DNA of 64,000 bases from Saccostrea echinata. Taxonomy: Eukaryota. Location of the stretch: assembly GCF_033153115.1 (NCBI RefSeq), contig NW_026889758.1, positions 50,220,001-50,284,000 of the forward strand, in the 5' to 3' direction. A model generated the notes under the pieces. The model saw nothing but the letters and a program-made list of their open reading frames with translations, was not told where the DNA came from and searched no databases. This document shows positions 1 through 13,813 of this stretch, piece after piece. A program made the translations under genes and the position numbers. Positions within the stretch are counted from its first letter, which is position 1. Every line of letters begins with the position of its first letter.

Positions 1-3000
1 TGATCAGGGTCCATCATGTATGGCTTTTTCTTGGAATCTTTTTCGTTGTCCTCTTCATCCTTTTTCTCGTCTTCATCCTCTTCTGATTCATAAAAATTCT
101 TACTTTCTTCTCCAGTGCCCTGAAAATGAAAGAGGTATACTTCAATTGTTGATATAAAAGCCATGCATAGAATTCATGTGACGAAAACTTTCATTTCAAA
201 TTAACAGATAGCAGAGATGTTATTAAAGTATACATAATTATATGCAATGTACTTTCTCCACATTTCGGTAGAATCTTATTTTCCCCACACTTGTATAAGA
301 AATATTGAAACAATTTTTAATATCAAAGCCCCACTTACACCCTAGACTGGGTGAAATACATACATCTTGGTTGGGCGAGACAAACTGGGTCCTTGCATAG
401 CGGGTCATCATGCCAACTATGACCACCTGACCCCATTCCTCGACGTCCACCAACAGGTTGCAAAGCTTTCGGAAGTTTTTGTGAATCAGGTCAATCCTTT
501 CAGGACAAACCTCCTCAAAGGCCTGAATGGCACTACCAGCAACAAGCTATAAATTAAGAGCTCAACTATATTGACACAATAAATTGCCTATACATATTAC
601 ATAGTTGTATGCAAAACTTTCAGAATAAAAAATTCTAAATTTGCAACATAATGACATTTCTATATTTCATGCAGAGATAATACTTACTGTTGTTTTATCA
701 GCAAGTAATTTCTCAATGACTTCAACAAGTTGTTCCTTACTCTCAGGGTCAAGACTAAATAGAAATTAAAGGTTAAATACATGTACAAGACTGCTTTGCA
801 GTAACTAGTGCAACTGACACTGCAGGGCTCGACATTAACGCTTGTCCGCTTGTCCGGTACCAGTGAAAAAAAATTACGGACAAGTGAATATTGCTGGGCA
901 CTTGTCCAATTGGACAAGTGCATTTTAATGTAAAGAAGTCTCTAAATATTAAAAAGAACGACTGTTGAAAGTTTACCGGTACTTTAAGACGGAAACAGTA
1001 CATGAAAAACGAACTTCGATCCCGATATGGATCTCTGTGTTATTGAGTACACTCGATTGGGATTGAAGTTCACTAATTGCATACTACTGCAAAGGCATGG
1101 AACTTACGAAGTTTGGATTCTGTCTCATGTTGAATTTATGTTGTCAGGACAGAAAGTCTAGATAAAATTTTGTTTTATGTGTTTGTTGTATTTATAAATA
1201 ACATCATGCACATGTAATGGACTTATTTTTAGTTTTCCAGTTGACAGTATTATATCTTCATTGAAAAATTTTTGGACAAGTGAAGTTGAAGTTTGGACAA
1301 GTAAATGTCGTCGTCACTTGTCCGAATGGACAAGTCGGAAAAAAAGTTAATGTCGAGCCCTGCACTGTTGCAATGAAATGCTTAAAAAAAAAATACCCTT
1401 CATTACCTCAAATTGTACCTTTTTACAAATTATTTTACTAGCAGATACTGTATGTGTACTTAAAAAAGTGGGCTTCATATCTTAGCGGCTTTGACGCAGA
1501 TAACAATGCCGCTAAGAAGTCATTTATAAATACAATATACAGCACAGACATGTATAGCGCTAATTCATGATTTCGCCAACAACTCCATAGCCAGTGATTG
1601 CACTAAATTTTGAATATGCCAATTTATGTACACGTACAGTATTCTGTAATTATACATGTACTATCAAATTACAACAAAATCTAATTATAAAGAAAACTTA
1701 GCAGTGAATTTTTGCATAAAATCCTATTCAGTACCTGTAGAGCTTTGGTATTGCATGTGCTGCCGTCTTTCTGACATATGGTGACATGTCCATTACAGCT
1801 TCCTTGATAGCCAGCATCATAATCGGTGAGATCATGAGGACACGAATGCTGGACAGAACCCTCAAAGCACTGGCCCTGATCAGCTGATTGGGGTCCTTTA
1901 AGGCTCGCTGAAATGTGCTGATGGACAGGAGGGCCAAGTCTTGCTGTTCTTCTGCGTACCTTGTCAGGTAGACATAGACAAGTTTCTTGACCTGCAATAA
2001 GAAGACAAGAGGCTCATAAACAACAACACTCACCAATGTTACAATTTCTTTTCTAACAAATTATTTTTGAATGAAACTCCTTATGGTAGCCAAAAACTAA
2101 AGCATATATGCTATAAATACAGAATATTGACCAATTGCAGGTTTATAAATTTAAGTTTTCTTGATATTGAGGAAATCTGTAAAGGCATACATAGAATTTT
2201 AAATGTGCCAAACAACTCCTGATCAGAGAATCTCAAATGAACTTTTGCCTAAGGTGAACTGAAAATGGTCTATAAAATGTCCTTAAGAACAAGAATAAAG
2301 AAATTAAAAAAGTTGAGATTTCTTGGAACTAAAATCCTATGTTAATTGAAAATTACCATCAGATTTTCTTACCTCCAAGTTTTTAGAGACTACATTTTTC
2401 ACTACTGCAGGGAATAAATCTGAGGCATCTTTTCCTTTCGCTACCATCTGTCAAAGTATTACATTTAAAGAGTCATTATTTGGAAAATGAGACCCAAAAG
2501 TTATTGTTTGGAATAACACTTATGATACCCATACTCTCCATCATTTGAACCTTTGATGGGGTCATACTGTATAACATTTCTTGTCTTCTAAAACACTTAA
2601 AAAAAAATCAAATGCAGTGCAGATTCAAATTCAGATTACATGTATTTAACACATTCATTACTTCAATACATGTAAAAGTAACTACAGAATTAGTGCTGTT
2701 CAGAAAGCTTTGAAAAGGTATAATCTGTGCAATGTAAAAGTAAGTCACTTTAGGACAATAATATCCTAAATCTTTGATAGTTTCAGTGATTCAACTTGAG
2801 CAACAGGGCTGTGTTTTATAACGGACTTGTGACGAAGACCAAAATTTACTTTTGCAATTTATTTAATGATTTACCTTGATTTAATTGTAATTTTAAGAAA
2901 AATAAGAAAAAATCAGTTGTAACTATATATATGTATAATCTCATCAAATTATAAAGTTGATTAGATTTTAAAACAATGTGATATCTTCCAACTTAGTCTT

Positions 3001-6000
3001 TAGTTCTTTTGTAAAACAGGGTCCATACATTTATCACTATCTTTTGTTTGCATTTGATTCAAACTGACTAAACTGTCAGTAGCAAGAACTGTTACAGTTC
3101 CTGAAGACTTGAAAATCCTTTTGATTTCTATTAATTAATCATTATCAGAGGCTCTTTCATGAAGATCAGTAATATAAACTTCATCTTACAAATGATCTAA
3201 AGAACATTACCCCGATGATTCTTTTCATGGCATCTAACTTCAAGTTGTCTTTATTTCCATCTAACATTGCTTTTAAATCTTCATGCCTGAAATAAAATTA
3301 TTTCTTATAATAAACCTCTCATAAACACAGTTGACTGCATGGAGTTAATTTGAATTACCACAACAAAAAATCTTTCAACTACTGGCTTATGTCTTGGGTT
3401 ACCAAGGTTATGAAGTGGGACATTTTGATGGATCTGATATCCTAAAGTACAAGCTATAGTTATTACTCTGTCATATTGAATGTCCAGTATATAAACATTG
3501 CACATGCTTTTTACATTCAGCATATGGGAACGAAGAAAACATGAAATGTTCTATACACTCAATCAGACACACATTGCTCTACTTTAATCTTAAGTGACCT
3601 GTAAAGACATGAATTTCACTCACATGAAAAATATGAAATAAGAAAACCCAGCAATCCATACAAGCAGCTGGTGTTTTGATTTTCTTTAACAAATAACAGT
3701 AATTTACAATTAATTTTTTTAACAGAGAATGTGAATGAAAAAATAGGTGTATTAATCTATTATCACAAGTTTTTAAAGGTTAAATCTACAAGGGGTGTTT
3801 AATCTACAAGGGATGTGATATATACCAGCCTTGCAGAGCAGATTCATATCAACCCTGCAAGAGCTGCTATCAGCCCTGGAAACTGATACAGCTATTGTGA
3901 CATTGGCATATCATATATGGAAAAAAAAACTGTATTTATTACTAAGTATGTACTAAAGATTTGTATCACAAAGATTACATTGTGTTTGCTGATTCATATG
4001 TTGCACTGATTAAGCACCATGATCGCCAACAACATCCACCTAGTTAGAACTGAAGCAACTCTGAGAACAGACAAGGTGGAAGTTTGTCAGTGATCACAGT
4101 GTTTCAACAGTGCAAGTTTTGGGAAATAAAAATGTTAGTTAATCTTTCTACAACAAGTCTTGTACGAAGAGTTGCATTGATAATCAGAAAACATCCACTC
4201 CCAATTTCAATGATCGATTATTTTTTTCATGATTGATTATCAGATTCATACATCTCAAAGAGTTACCACTGCATTTAGCTCATTTCTGTTTTAAATTTAC
4301 ACACATAGGAAGAAAAGCACAAAGGTAAGTTGATTAAGAATCAAAATATGCAAATATAGAAAGTACAAGCAGGAAGGCAACATGGAAAACATGAAAATTA
4401 ATGTATAAATCAGTGTTTTCCCTAAGAACTGGCTGCCGGCCAAGTTGACCACTTCAATTGCTAAAAATGCTGCTTTGAAATAAAAAAAAATCAAATTTAA
4501 TTGTTGTAAGGTCCACAGAGATTTGTCGAAAACTTCAACCCAAAGTTGATCTCTAACCCTTTACTTTGAAATAAATGGAGAACACTGTAAATGAAGAAAT
4601 CCTTTAAAAATTTGCAAGATACTGTTTTGTTCAAATAAAAATTAACCTCTGATAATGATCGGTAAAATCGCTACAACTAAGCCTAAAAGGTTGAGCATTT
4701 CATATTAGAAGACAATAAGTGATAGGGATTTTTTACTCCATTTTGGGAATGGGGCTTAGACCCTTGGAATTGGAAATTTCAACATTTGATCACTTATTGG
4801 GAAATTATATTGCATGACAATTTTAAGGACATGAACAAAATTGATGAGTAAATTTGATCTAATTTATCTATCAATCAGAGATTATACCTATTAACAAACT
4901 GTCAGTCATCAACAAGACCATGCTTCCTAAAATTTTTGTCATTCCGTTGATTTCAGACCAATACCATACTTATTTTACCCATATTCTGGCCCAGTAAAGC
5001 TTGTTAGTTTTCGTGCATTTAAAAATTGAACACACATTTAAATTTGGTGGGGGGAGGGAGGAATTTAAAGTTGGGAATAGTGTCTAAATTCGGCCCTACA
5101 TAGGTTGGTGGAAACTCCCTGGTTGTAAGGAAAGCTGGTAACTATCTTGTAGGGAATTTTGCAAGATGTCCACTCTGACTCTCTTCAGCATTATTCAAAA
5201 TATAAAAGGGTAAGAGGTTAAATGTAAAGGTAAGAGTAAAGGAACCCCAGGATTAGGGTGGTGTGTGATATCAAAACACAGGCAAAAAATGAATTCAGCG
5301 TTTATATTCCTTATATAAGTGGTACCGATAAACGGTACCATTCCCAATACCAAAAAATGTTAATTTTTCCCAATTTTGAGACTAAAAATTCCCAATTCCA
5401 CTGCCAAGCAACAGACTACGATGACATCGTGTTTTGTTTTTTTTTTATATGAAATGTTGTACAAGTTGACTAATTGTTTCACTTCCGCTTAAATCGAAAG
5501 CAGAGATTAGTCGTAATATGGCAGGACCTGTGGTGTAGACAGCGTAGTGTACATTTTGACAAATTGAAAGCATAAAAATGCAAAAACAGGGAACATTGAT
5601 ATGAAAAACAATAAATACTTGTGTTGATTCTTTAAAACACAGTGTAATAGGTAATGAGGTTGGAATAAACGCAGAATACGTTTCATTTGTTTAAAAGGCA
5701 GAAAATTCTCCTTTGTTCTACTTCGATGCTATTTTTCCCAATTGAAGCGGTACTGGACCCTTTCCCCATGGGTAGAAAAAAATCGCTGGAATTGACAAGT
5801 AGTACCAAGGAAAAACCAAGACATTTATGGGAAATGTTTGTGAACCTTATATTGTTCAATACTGTTTATAACAATGGCTGTATCTAATGCTGTAGATAGA
5901 ATGTTCTATCGTTAAAATGATATTGTCCTATGGACCCGGTTTTATGATAGAATTCGTTCCGTGTATTGGCAATGTTGCAAAATAAACACGGGCGATAACT

Positions 6001-7681
6001 CGTACTCTGTGCATTTTCTATGAACAATCCAGAGAGTCAGAATGTCAACATGGCGTTAAATTTGAAGCGAGGAAAAAACGTTTAGAAAATGAGTTGAATT
6101 TTCGTATTTATATGGATTATTTTTTAAGTTAAAAGACATATACCATCTCAAAAAGGTTTGTTATGATTAATTTGGTAGTTATTTTCAGTGCAACTCCTTT
6201 TGTATTCTTCAAAATCATTTCGGAGTGGATCCACTCCGATTTGCTACATTACAAGTATATGGGACGTATTCTAACTGTGGTGAGGGCTTGTCCCGAGACA
6301 CAGTTAGATTATTCTAACTACTAATGCTGCATTTGTCCCAATAATCAAACCAAACATTTTTATCATTTAACGGTGCATAATGCAGCATTGAGTCATGGAC
6401 ATTAGTCTCCAACACTCTATACAGTCGTTTTACCAGTAACGAATATTTGCCAGTATCGAATATTTTTTTTATTCAATTATTCTTAACAAACATAGTGATG
6501 GGTTTAAAATTTTCTTACTAGGTAAATACAATAAAAGGATGAATATTCTATCCCTGTGTTGTGTCTTTGTAACATCTGCTGGATTATTTTTCATGCTATT
6601 TTACAATTTGAAACAATGACCCAGATTTGAACACGCGCAAGTGCAAGTCATAGAAAACGAGTGTGTGTGAACAAATGCGTCTAAATCAAACTTTTCAGTG
6701 TGTTGTTGATCCAGAATGAATATGTTATCAATATTTAGGATAACTGTAACTAGTTTAAATATTAAAATAAATAATAGTTGACTTTTAAATGAAATTATAA
6801 CATCCAAACTAACCACATGTTGTTTTCCTAGTTTCAAATCATGAATTTTTGAAGTTTGAAAAATGTTGTTTTACAGGATGCAAGAACTTGAAAAGCTCAC
6901 AGAAGTAAAAATACTATCAAAATAAATTACAAGCAAAGGTATTCCATGAAAATTATGTCTTTGAGATGGTTGATTTAATTTTGATAAAGCATATCATGAA
7001 AAGTTTATCATTAAATGCAAAATTTTTCATACTGTTTAGTTTTAGAAAAAAAATCATTTAAATCAACAAGTTATGTTAATATACTTTTTGTAGACTTTTC
7101 TTGAAGGCATATTTCAACAATAATTTCGACCAGCCGATTTTATTTATTGGGTCAGCAGTAGTAGAGGGCGTTCGATTCGATACTGAAAAATCAATTCGAA
7201 ACTAGGAAAATAGGGGGGTGTTGTAATTGACATCTCTGTGCCTGTATCATTCATATTTTGGGAGATTGGGTACCACTTATTTGAAAAGCATAGAAATACA
7301 AATTAAATAACAACCAAGAACATTTGGAACTTCAACCATGTAAGATGCGTGCAAGACGTAACAACAAACCGATTCGTTACCGGTAAAACGACTGTATTAA
7401 ATGATAATCATAATATCTGAATTTATCTGATTCTCTAAAGTTTGACGTCGTAATAGTAATAACTGGTAAAAAATATCAGGAGAGAAGATTAAATAGGGTG
7501 TCCGTGACTGTCATGTGAGGCTGACAGGTCATGTTTCTGCAATTCTGTACCGTTTAAAATTCTCATTAAAGAAGCTGTTGCTCGCAGGATCATTGGAAAA
7601 ATCTCCCTCTCCGCTACCAGTAGATGGTGGTTTGTCATTACCAAACCCAGTTCCACCCAACTGAAAGCTGTTGGACGTCAT
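1..7681 (-). CDS. AP3B1: AP-3 complex subunit beta (AP3B1/AP3B2 co-ortholog), 5' seven coding exons; gene continues beyond window start
   Basis: GT-AG exons in consistent phase: 7681-7551 ([44 protein letters not shown]), 3286-3211 ([25 protein letters not shown]), 2447-2373 ([25 protein letters not shown]), 1991-1735 ([50 protein letters not shown]...KLYS), 754-688 ([22 protein letters not shown]), 546-364 ([61 protein letters not shown]), 119-1 (acidic linker, KKPYMMDPD). Closely matches the beta-3 adaptin N-terminal trunk. Confidence 0.96.
823..1362. mobile_element. MITE with 17-bp TIRs and 5-bp TSD (hAT5-like)
   Basis: CAGGGCTCGACATTAAC at 823 and its inverse GTTAATGTCGAGCCCTG ending at 1362; flanked by the direct repeat CACTG (818-822, 1363-1367); repeated subterminal CTTGTCC/GGACAAG motifs. 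Confidence 0.85.
5296..5788. mobile_element. MITE with CAGCG...CGCTG termini and 5-bp TSD
   Basis: Short imperfect TIRs; GAATT duplicated at 5291-5295 and 5789-5793; repeated TTCCCAAT subterminal motifs. Confidence 0.6.
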
Positions 7682-7746
7682 CTTTCAGAAAGCCGCTGCC
7701 GTGGCAGGTGTTCCCAGTTTTCAATGGCTTCTGCTACAACTTCCGG
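7511..7746 (-). promoter_or_regulatory. AP3B proximal promoter / intron-1 motifs (ETS CCGGAAGT upstream, M-box TCATGTGA in intron 1)
   Basis: ACTTCCGG at 7739-7746, about 60 bp upstream of the ATG; TCATGTGA at 7511-7518 just inside intron 1. Confidence 0.35.
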
Positions 7747-8137
7747 TTATCTGGTGCGTTTGATTACATGATGATACGTCTTTCGTCTTGTGTTACTCGA
7801 GGGTGGTGGTGGTGGTATCTTTTAAGAATAGTCTTTTGCTGTACTTCTAATGTGAAAATATGAAGGCCTTTTAAACAGAGCTAAACAGAAAACTCTAGAG
7901 AACTCTATGGAACCTAAAAGAACTCTAGTTAAATTTGGTAAATTCAAATAAACAGATAAATGCTTGGATTATTGAGTTAATAATCATTTTGTATATCATG
8001 TTCTATTAATTAGATTAAATACAATTTTATTCCTTGGGTGTTTTCATTTGAAAATACTTGGAAAAAAAAGATTTTGATGGAAAATAATTTTTTTTTTGGT
8101 CATCCCGATCCCGATTGAATTTCTATACACATTATTG

Positions 8138-8420
8138 TTTGTTTGTATGTTGTTTAACGTCCCTCTCGTGAATTTTTCACTCACTTGCCGGTGGAGAGCT
8201 GCAAATTTTGTCCTATGCTCGGCACTTACGGCCATTGAGCAGTGAGGGGTCTTTTTCGTGCAAACACCTACTGCGACACGGGACCTCAGTTTATATACGG
8301 TCTCATCCGAAGGACCGGTCTCCACGTCCCACAGTGGGATTCGAACCCGCGACGTAAGGATCAACTCCTTACCTCGCGACTCTAGAGCAGACGCTCTAAC
8401 CACTGCGCCACGCGGGCGAC
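8138..8420 (-). mobile_element. Full-length tRNA-derived SINE
   Basis: Minus strand: A-box TGGCGCAGTGG, B-box GGTTCGAATCC, SINE body and (CAAA)-like tail; perfect 15-bp TSD CTATACACATTATTG at 8123-8137 and 8421-8435. Confidence 0.9.
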
Positions 8421-9174
8421 CTATACACATTATTGCATTTATACATATATGTACACTTTAGATTTGGAGTGAACTCAATAAAAGCGAAATTAGCGCTAAT
8501 CAGTGATTTTCCCTCCAGTGAGTAGTGCAAGAGAATTAATATCAGCAGTTTTGAGGGAAGGATCCTAAATTTTACAGATTTTTATTTTAGAATTAGGAAA
8601 CTAATTGGTCAGAGGTCTATCGATCTTCCTCGTGGTGGTGGTGGGGGGGGGGGGGGGCATATTATGTGTGCTCAAAAGTAAAATGAATGAATAAATAAAT
8701 TGAAATACTTAAAAAGAGAAAATAAAAAAAGAAATCAAAAGGATGTCGGGGCCTGCAATCCTTAGTTGTTCTTCTGATGTTAAAAAGCAAAAGATGGGAT
8801 TGGTTACCCCTATTTTCATTGACCACGCAAATATTGTCTGTTTAAAAATAGAGGGGTTTTATTTCTTAAAACAGTCGATTCCTCAGTTCCTGTGGATGTA
8901 TTTGGGGTTGAATAGGTTGATTTCAGGACGAAGATGGAAAAGAATAGATTAAAATGTATATTAATGAGAAATTTGCTATCAAAATGTGTAAAAGGAAGGT
9001 ATAGAGGGCCCATGTTTACCTTTTCCTCAAAGGGAAAGTGAAATATGCAGGGTAGTAGGGAGTACCTACATGTGATGCCATAGCAGAACCAGCAGATTCT
9101 GAATTTTCCCTTGTCAAACAATTTTTAAACACCTAGATATTTTGCAGAAAGAAGTCATTTTTAAACGGACAATT

Positions 9175-11760
9175 TTCCCTTGCCGACCGCAGGCAAAGGG
9201 GTGGTCGTAGAGGGGGAATCATTCGAAGAGGTGTAAGTAGACTCAGGCGTACCCAAAGGCCTTCTATCAACTGTACGACTCTTCGCTGATGATAATGTAG
9301 CATACATGACTATCACATCAGATGCGGATGCAGAGAAGCTGCGGGACGACCTAACCGAACTAGCAGTCTGGGAAAATGAAAAGCTCATGAGGTTCCACTC
9401 AGAGAAATATAATGTGCTAACTGCTAAGCATCACAAAGAATCGTAGAGTCATCAAGAACTATATCCTACATGGCCACCAATTAGAGCATATTCCTTCTGC
9501 AAAATATCTAGGCGTTACCATCTTGTCAGACTTGAAGTGGACTCAACATATAAATAACATCGCCGATAAAGCAAAGAGCACCATCGGCTTTCTCAAAAGA
9601 AACATCAACATATGTAATAACAACATCAAGGAGAGAGCATACAAATCATTAGTAAGACCAACTGTATAGAGTATGCCAATGCAGTCTGGAATCCTTATCA
9701 AAAGTCAGATGTTAACAAGAATAGATATGGGTTACCCCATATCCAAGATATTCGACTTTTAATTTATTCGAATTTTCATTGTGCTCAGATGATTTCTAAT
9801 AAAAAAAAAACAAGTATTTACTGACAAAACGTCAGAGATACTCAAGCTGTAGAAAGTCATAATAAAAGTGCCATAAATATCCTAAAACGACAAAATATTT
9901 AGGCTACTGGGTTTCAACATCTTTTGTTGAATAAAATATGCATGTACTAGGAAACAAACTGCATGTTCATATATATCGGTAGATGTAGATGCATGTAGTG
10001 ACTATCACAAAGTCGCTAAAAATAGTTTTAATTTCACATAGAACATAGACTAAATATAATTAATCATATAATTTTAAAAATGTATTTAACACCTTCATTT
10101 TCAGGAATATTTAAACCAAATAGCATGTTACAGGCCTGTAGCAACGTTTTCAAAGTGAAGGGGGGGGGGGCTCCGAAAAAAATCCCGCGTACTATATGGG
10201 CCTGTGCTACATGTGTACCATCTTTCCAATGATATAATCTTCTGTAAAAAAAAATTCAAATCAAGTTCAAGCCGTTATGGATTATGAAAGATAGCCCATT
10301 TTTTTTTATAAATAGCAAAACTATAGATCTATCAAGGATAGATTTTAATTTATTTTTTTAATTTTGTGCTATTAAATTACTATCATCCATAGGCAGATGT
10401 TAAAGATAGTCAACATGTCACCTTTTAGAACGAATGAACTTGTAATCAATGAACTTGTCCAGAGATGCATTGACGGCCGTTGTTAAACGCAAAGGAAAGC
10501 GCGAGATCGGTTGCGGCTATGGAGCATCACTGAATATTCCTTCGTCATAGGATAGAATCCGACATTTAACACTTAATATAGATTTTGAATATACAGATGT
10601 TTTGAAGATAAACTTAGTATATTTTCGTGTTTTTAAACTGAGTAGATCGATGACCTAGTCTCGTTTTAGACAACTCAGCCCCTCTAGCCCAATTTAGGGC
10701 TTGAGTAAAAAACCTGCACTTCTTATGAAACTGGTGTATAGTTCTAAACTTCTTCATTTCCGTAGCAAATACTGATACCCAGTCTACGTGATCTAAGCGT
10801 CTCTAGCAAACGGTGCACACACCTGTGCTTGCAAGACCAAATAGCCTAGGTCTACACACGTGCGAAGCTCCTTTCAGACGAGCTCGGAACATTACGTTGC
10901 TTTGCCGAGAGGTTACGATTGCAGGTGTTTAACCATAATAACCATTCCGTTATTCATTAAAAGAGAGAAAAAAAAAACACAGTTAATGATTAACATATCC
11001 ATTCAAAAGAAATTATAAGGCAATGAACGAACAATAATAATGACAGTAATATAACTGGTGAAAAGATTTATCATTATCAATCGAAGTATGACCTATATAT
11101 TTTCGGGAAAAAGACTGAGGAGGCAGCGAGCGTAGGAATATGAAAACTTTTTATTTGCTTTTCCGGGGAAAAGATGATTTTCTTAAAATCTTTTTACGTT
11201 AATTTTGTTTTCTTTAACGTATTAAATATACATCATTATTCTTAACATTTGTTGTAATCTTGTATCTACTGATCATGAATGGAACTATTTTCGTCGGAGC
11301 AATTGTGTGAAGAGTACCTGACTTTAGTAATATATCTTGAATAGATAATATGCACTGATCGAATATATTAATAAAATTGAAATGATTCAGCGCAGAGCAG
11401 CCCGGTATGTCCACAATAGATATCACATCATCTCGTCCGTAACCGAGATGCTCAGTCAGCTGAATGACCATCACTAAACAGCTAGATGAGCGGCGAAGGA
11501 TAGTTAGCCTCAGTGTCAAGTACAAGCTGGTTAACAACAGAGTTCAGATTGACACTAGCCAGAAACTTAGAATCCAAGACAGAACATCTAGAAACAACAA
11601 TATATTGGCATTTCAAAACCTTCATGCCGAACTTCAGTGAGGAAGGAATCATTCTACCCACGTACCATCGAGAAGTGGAACGCCCTATCCACCTCTACTG
11701 GGATGGCCCAGAGCCTTGACTGCTTCAAGGCTCTTCTCCGTCAATAAGTCCCCAGCCTAT
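9175..11760 (+). pseudogene. Decayed non-LTR retrotransposon reverse-transcriptase fragment, split by a Helentron-like insertion
   Basis: 9175-9713 translates (with stops and frameshifts) to SGVPKG...VRLFADD...AKYLGVTILSDLKWTQHINNI...GFLKRN...AYKSLVRP...WNPYQKSDV. It resumes at 11370 with NKIEMIQRRAARYV, in frame once 9714-11369 is removed. Confidence 0.9.
9714..11369 (-). mobile_element. Non-autonomous Helentron-like (HINE) element, copy 1
   Basis: AACAAGA end followed by the hairpin GATATGGG-TTAC-CCCATATC and sub-TIR ATATTCGA; inverse TCGAATAT at the other end; inserted at a TT/AA site without net TSD; highly similar copy at 38578-40326. Confidence 0.8.
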
Positions 11761-12060
11761 TGTTTTTTTTAAACTCACCTGTTAATAGACTATCACAATT
11801 TTATTATTTTTTTTTAACATGCGCACACCTAGTAGCATAATAGTCAGAATTTTGAAGGTGGTCGCTTACCGGTAGAAAATAGAAATTTTGGGATATGAAT
11901 TGTACTAGCTCTGTGCCAAGTTTCAAGTGAGTTGAGCCGGGTTGATTTTTTTAAAAAATTGATTTTTACATTACACATAAAGGAATGTATAGCAAAATAA
12001 AAAGTACCGTAGTTTGTGCCCTATAAACGGAGGTAGACATTCTTTTGTGTTATATGTATT

Positions 12061-12180
12061 ATTTAGAGAACGAGACAGGTACTGTATCGTTGATACAAAT
12101 TTGGGGTGGACGAGTGCGTAGTACGAGTCTCCACCCCCAAATTTGTATCTACGATACAGAACCTGTCTCGTTCTCTAAAT
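12061..12180. repeat. Long near-perfect palindrome (~47-bp arms), probably part of a palindromic non-autonomous element extending to ~13150
   Basis: ATTTAGAGAACGAGACAGGTACTGTATCGTTGATACAAATTTGGGG ... CCCCAAATTTGTATCTACGATACAGAACCTGTCTCGTTCTCTAAAT; related ATACAGAAC repeats and a hairpin at 13030-13130. Confidence 0.8.
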
Positions 12181-13813
12181 GATTTGCGACACGATCAATA
12201 AAAAAAAAAGCACCGCCTACTTCATACCTGTGCAGCATCCAAACTTCGCCCGCAAAGTTCGTTTGTTCTTTCTGTAGATGAGGCCTCGACGGGGAGTATA
12301 CATCCGGAGTATATATATATTTTCACGGACAACGTAAGATTTAGTCAGATTAGTTTTGACAACGGGGTAGACGTAACAGACTCGAAGTCAGTCTTAATTG
12401 ATAAGGTGGACGATTTAATCTTGTTGTAAATGCATATGGAGATTGATCCGAATTTATTTCAGGGGTCTTAAAATCTCAGTTAACTATAGATACACATACA
12501 GGCGATACAGACAGTTTTTCGATGGACTTTGATGTTACGGATTTTTATTTTCTTATTGAAATGCGACATTAAAAACGAAGTGAAAGAGATGTGCGGCAGT
12601 CGTCAGCGATAAGGATTTAAGATGAAATTAAAAAAAAAATCCTGAAAAATAGACTTGATTGAGTTTACACGAGAAGAGTGGAAAATGGGGGAGGGGTGCG
12701 AATTTCACGTAATGTATGCTGCATCCGCGAACCCATTGGCTTTACTATTTTGAAGGGGACACAAAAAAGCAGTGAAAGCAAACAGGTTTTCAGGAATTTC
12801 TCTAACATAGGATGTTTTCCATAATTGCGAATTTTCCTTTTCGTTTGGATCGAAATAACGTGTAGATTCTGTGTGGAATAATTTTTTAAAAGTGATTGAG
12901 AAATTTTGACATTTTACATTCCTAAGGAAATATTTCTTCAAAATTTATGATCAGCATTTAGCATTTACTATTTGTACGTGCTTTTGATAAATTGAATCAG
13001 ATTTATTTTTAGACCGTGCTGTATTTTAGATACAGAACAGTTGGCTAATACAAGACAGTATACAGAGCTAATACAGAACGGAAAGTAGCTCCGCCCACTG
13101 TATTTCCGTTCTGTATTGCTAATACAGAACAGCAAACTTCAAAGAAAAACACCGCAATCGTGTCACAAGAAACACCTGTTTGCGTGAAATTAGCCAGTTA
13201 ACTGTAGCTCTCGTAATTAAATCCATACATATAATCAATGTAAGAGGAAAGAAAGCATGTATTGCTGTATATTTGATGCCGAAAATCGCTATTTCTGAAG
13301 ATAGCTGATTCTAGATAAAATGGCAATCAAACTTTTTAGAAATTTTCAATTGGGGTCTTGACCACGTTGACTACGGTAACCTATAAAATATTGTGTCAAT
13401 CCGAATTCTGATTTGAAGTTAAAACAAATATAATAGAATTCCACGTGCAAAATAGAAAAAAGAATGCCTTGAAGCAAAATAACAAATTATATCAGGAGGA
13501 ATGAATGCCGTAAATGACATCCGAAGAATTAAAATCCCTGGCCTAAAAGTATATTTTGTCTGTTAGTTTATCTGTTGACAAATGTTAGCAAGTATACGGG
13601 GCCGAAAAGTTTATACATACTAGGTACATGAAACAAATGCAATTAAACCTTTACTATTTTTGATCAGTAATTCACGTTTTTTTTTTTTAAACATGCTGTC
13701 ATAATCATACAGTAATTGGTGAGTAATCAAACGCACCAGATGTTCCTCTAGTGTTTTCTTAAAATCAAAACGAAAACTCTTGAAATTCACGAATGTATTC
13801 AAATGATGTAATT

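Noticed and set aside
8335-8420. tRNA gene (possible CTA suppressor-like anticodon) on the minus strand
   Set aside because: No proper acceptor or anticodon stem; it continues into a SINE body and tail and is bounded by a 15-bp TSD.
8044-8461. ORFs of 128 aa (minus) and 67 aa (plus)
   Set aside because: They overlap the SINE and show no protein similarity; chance ORFs in GC-richer repeat DNA.
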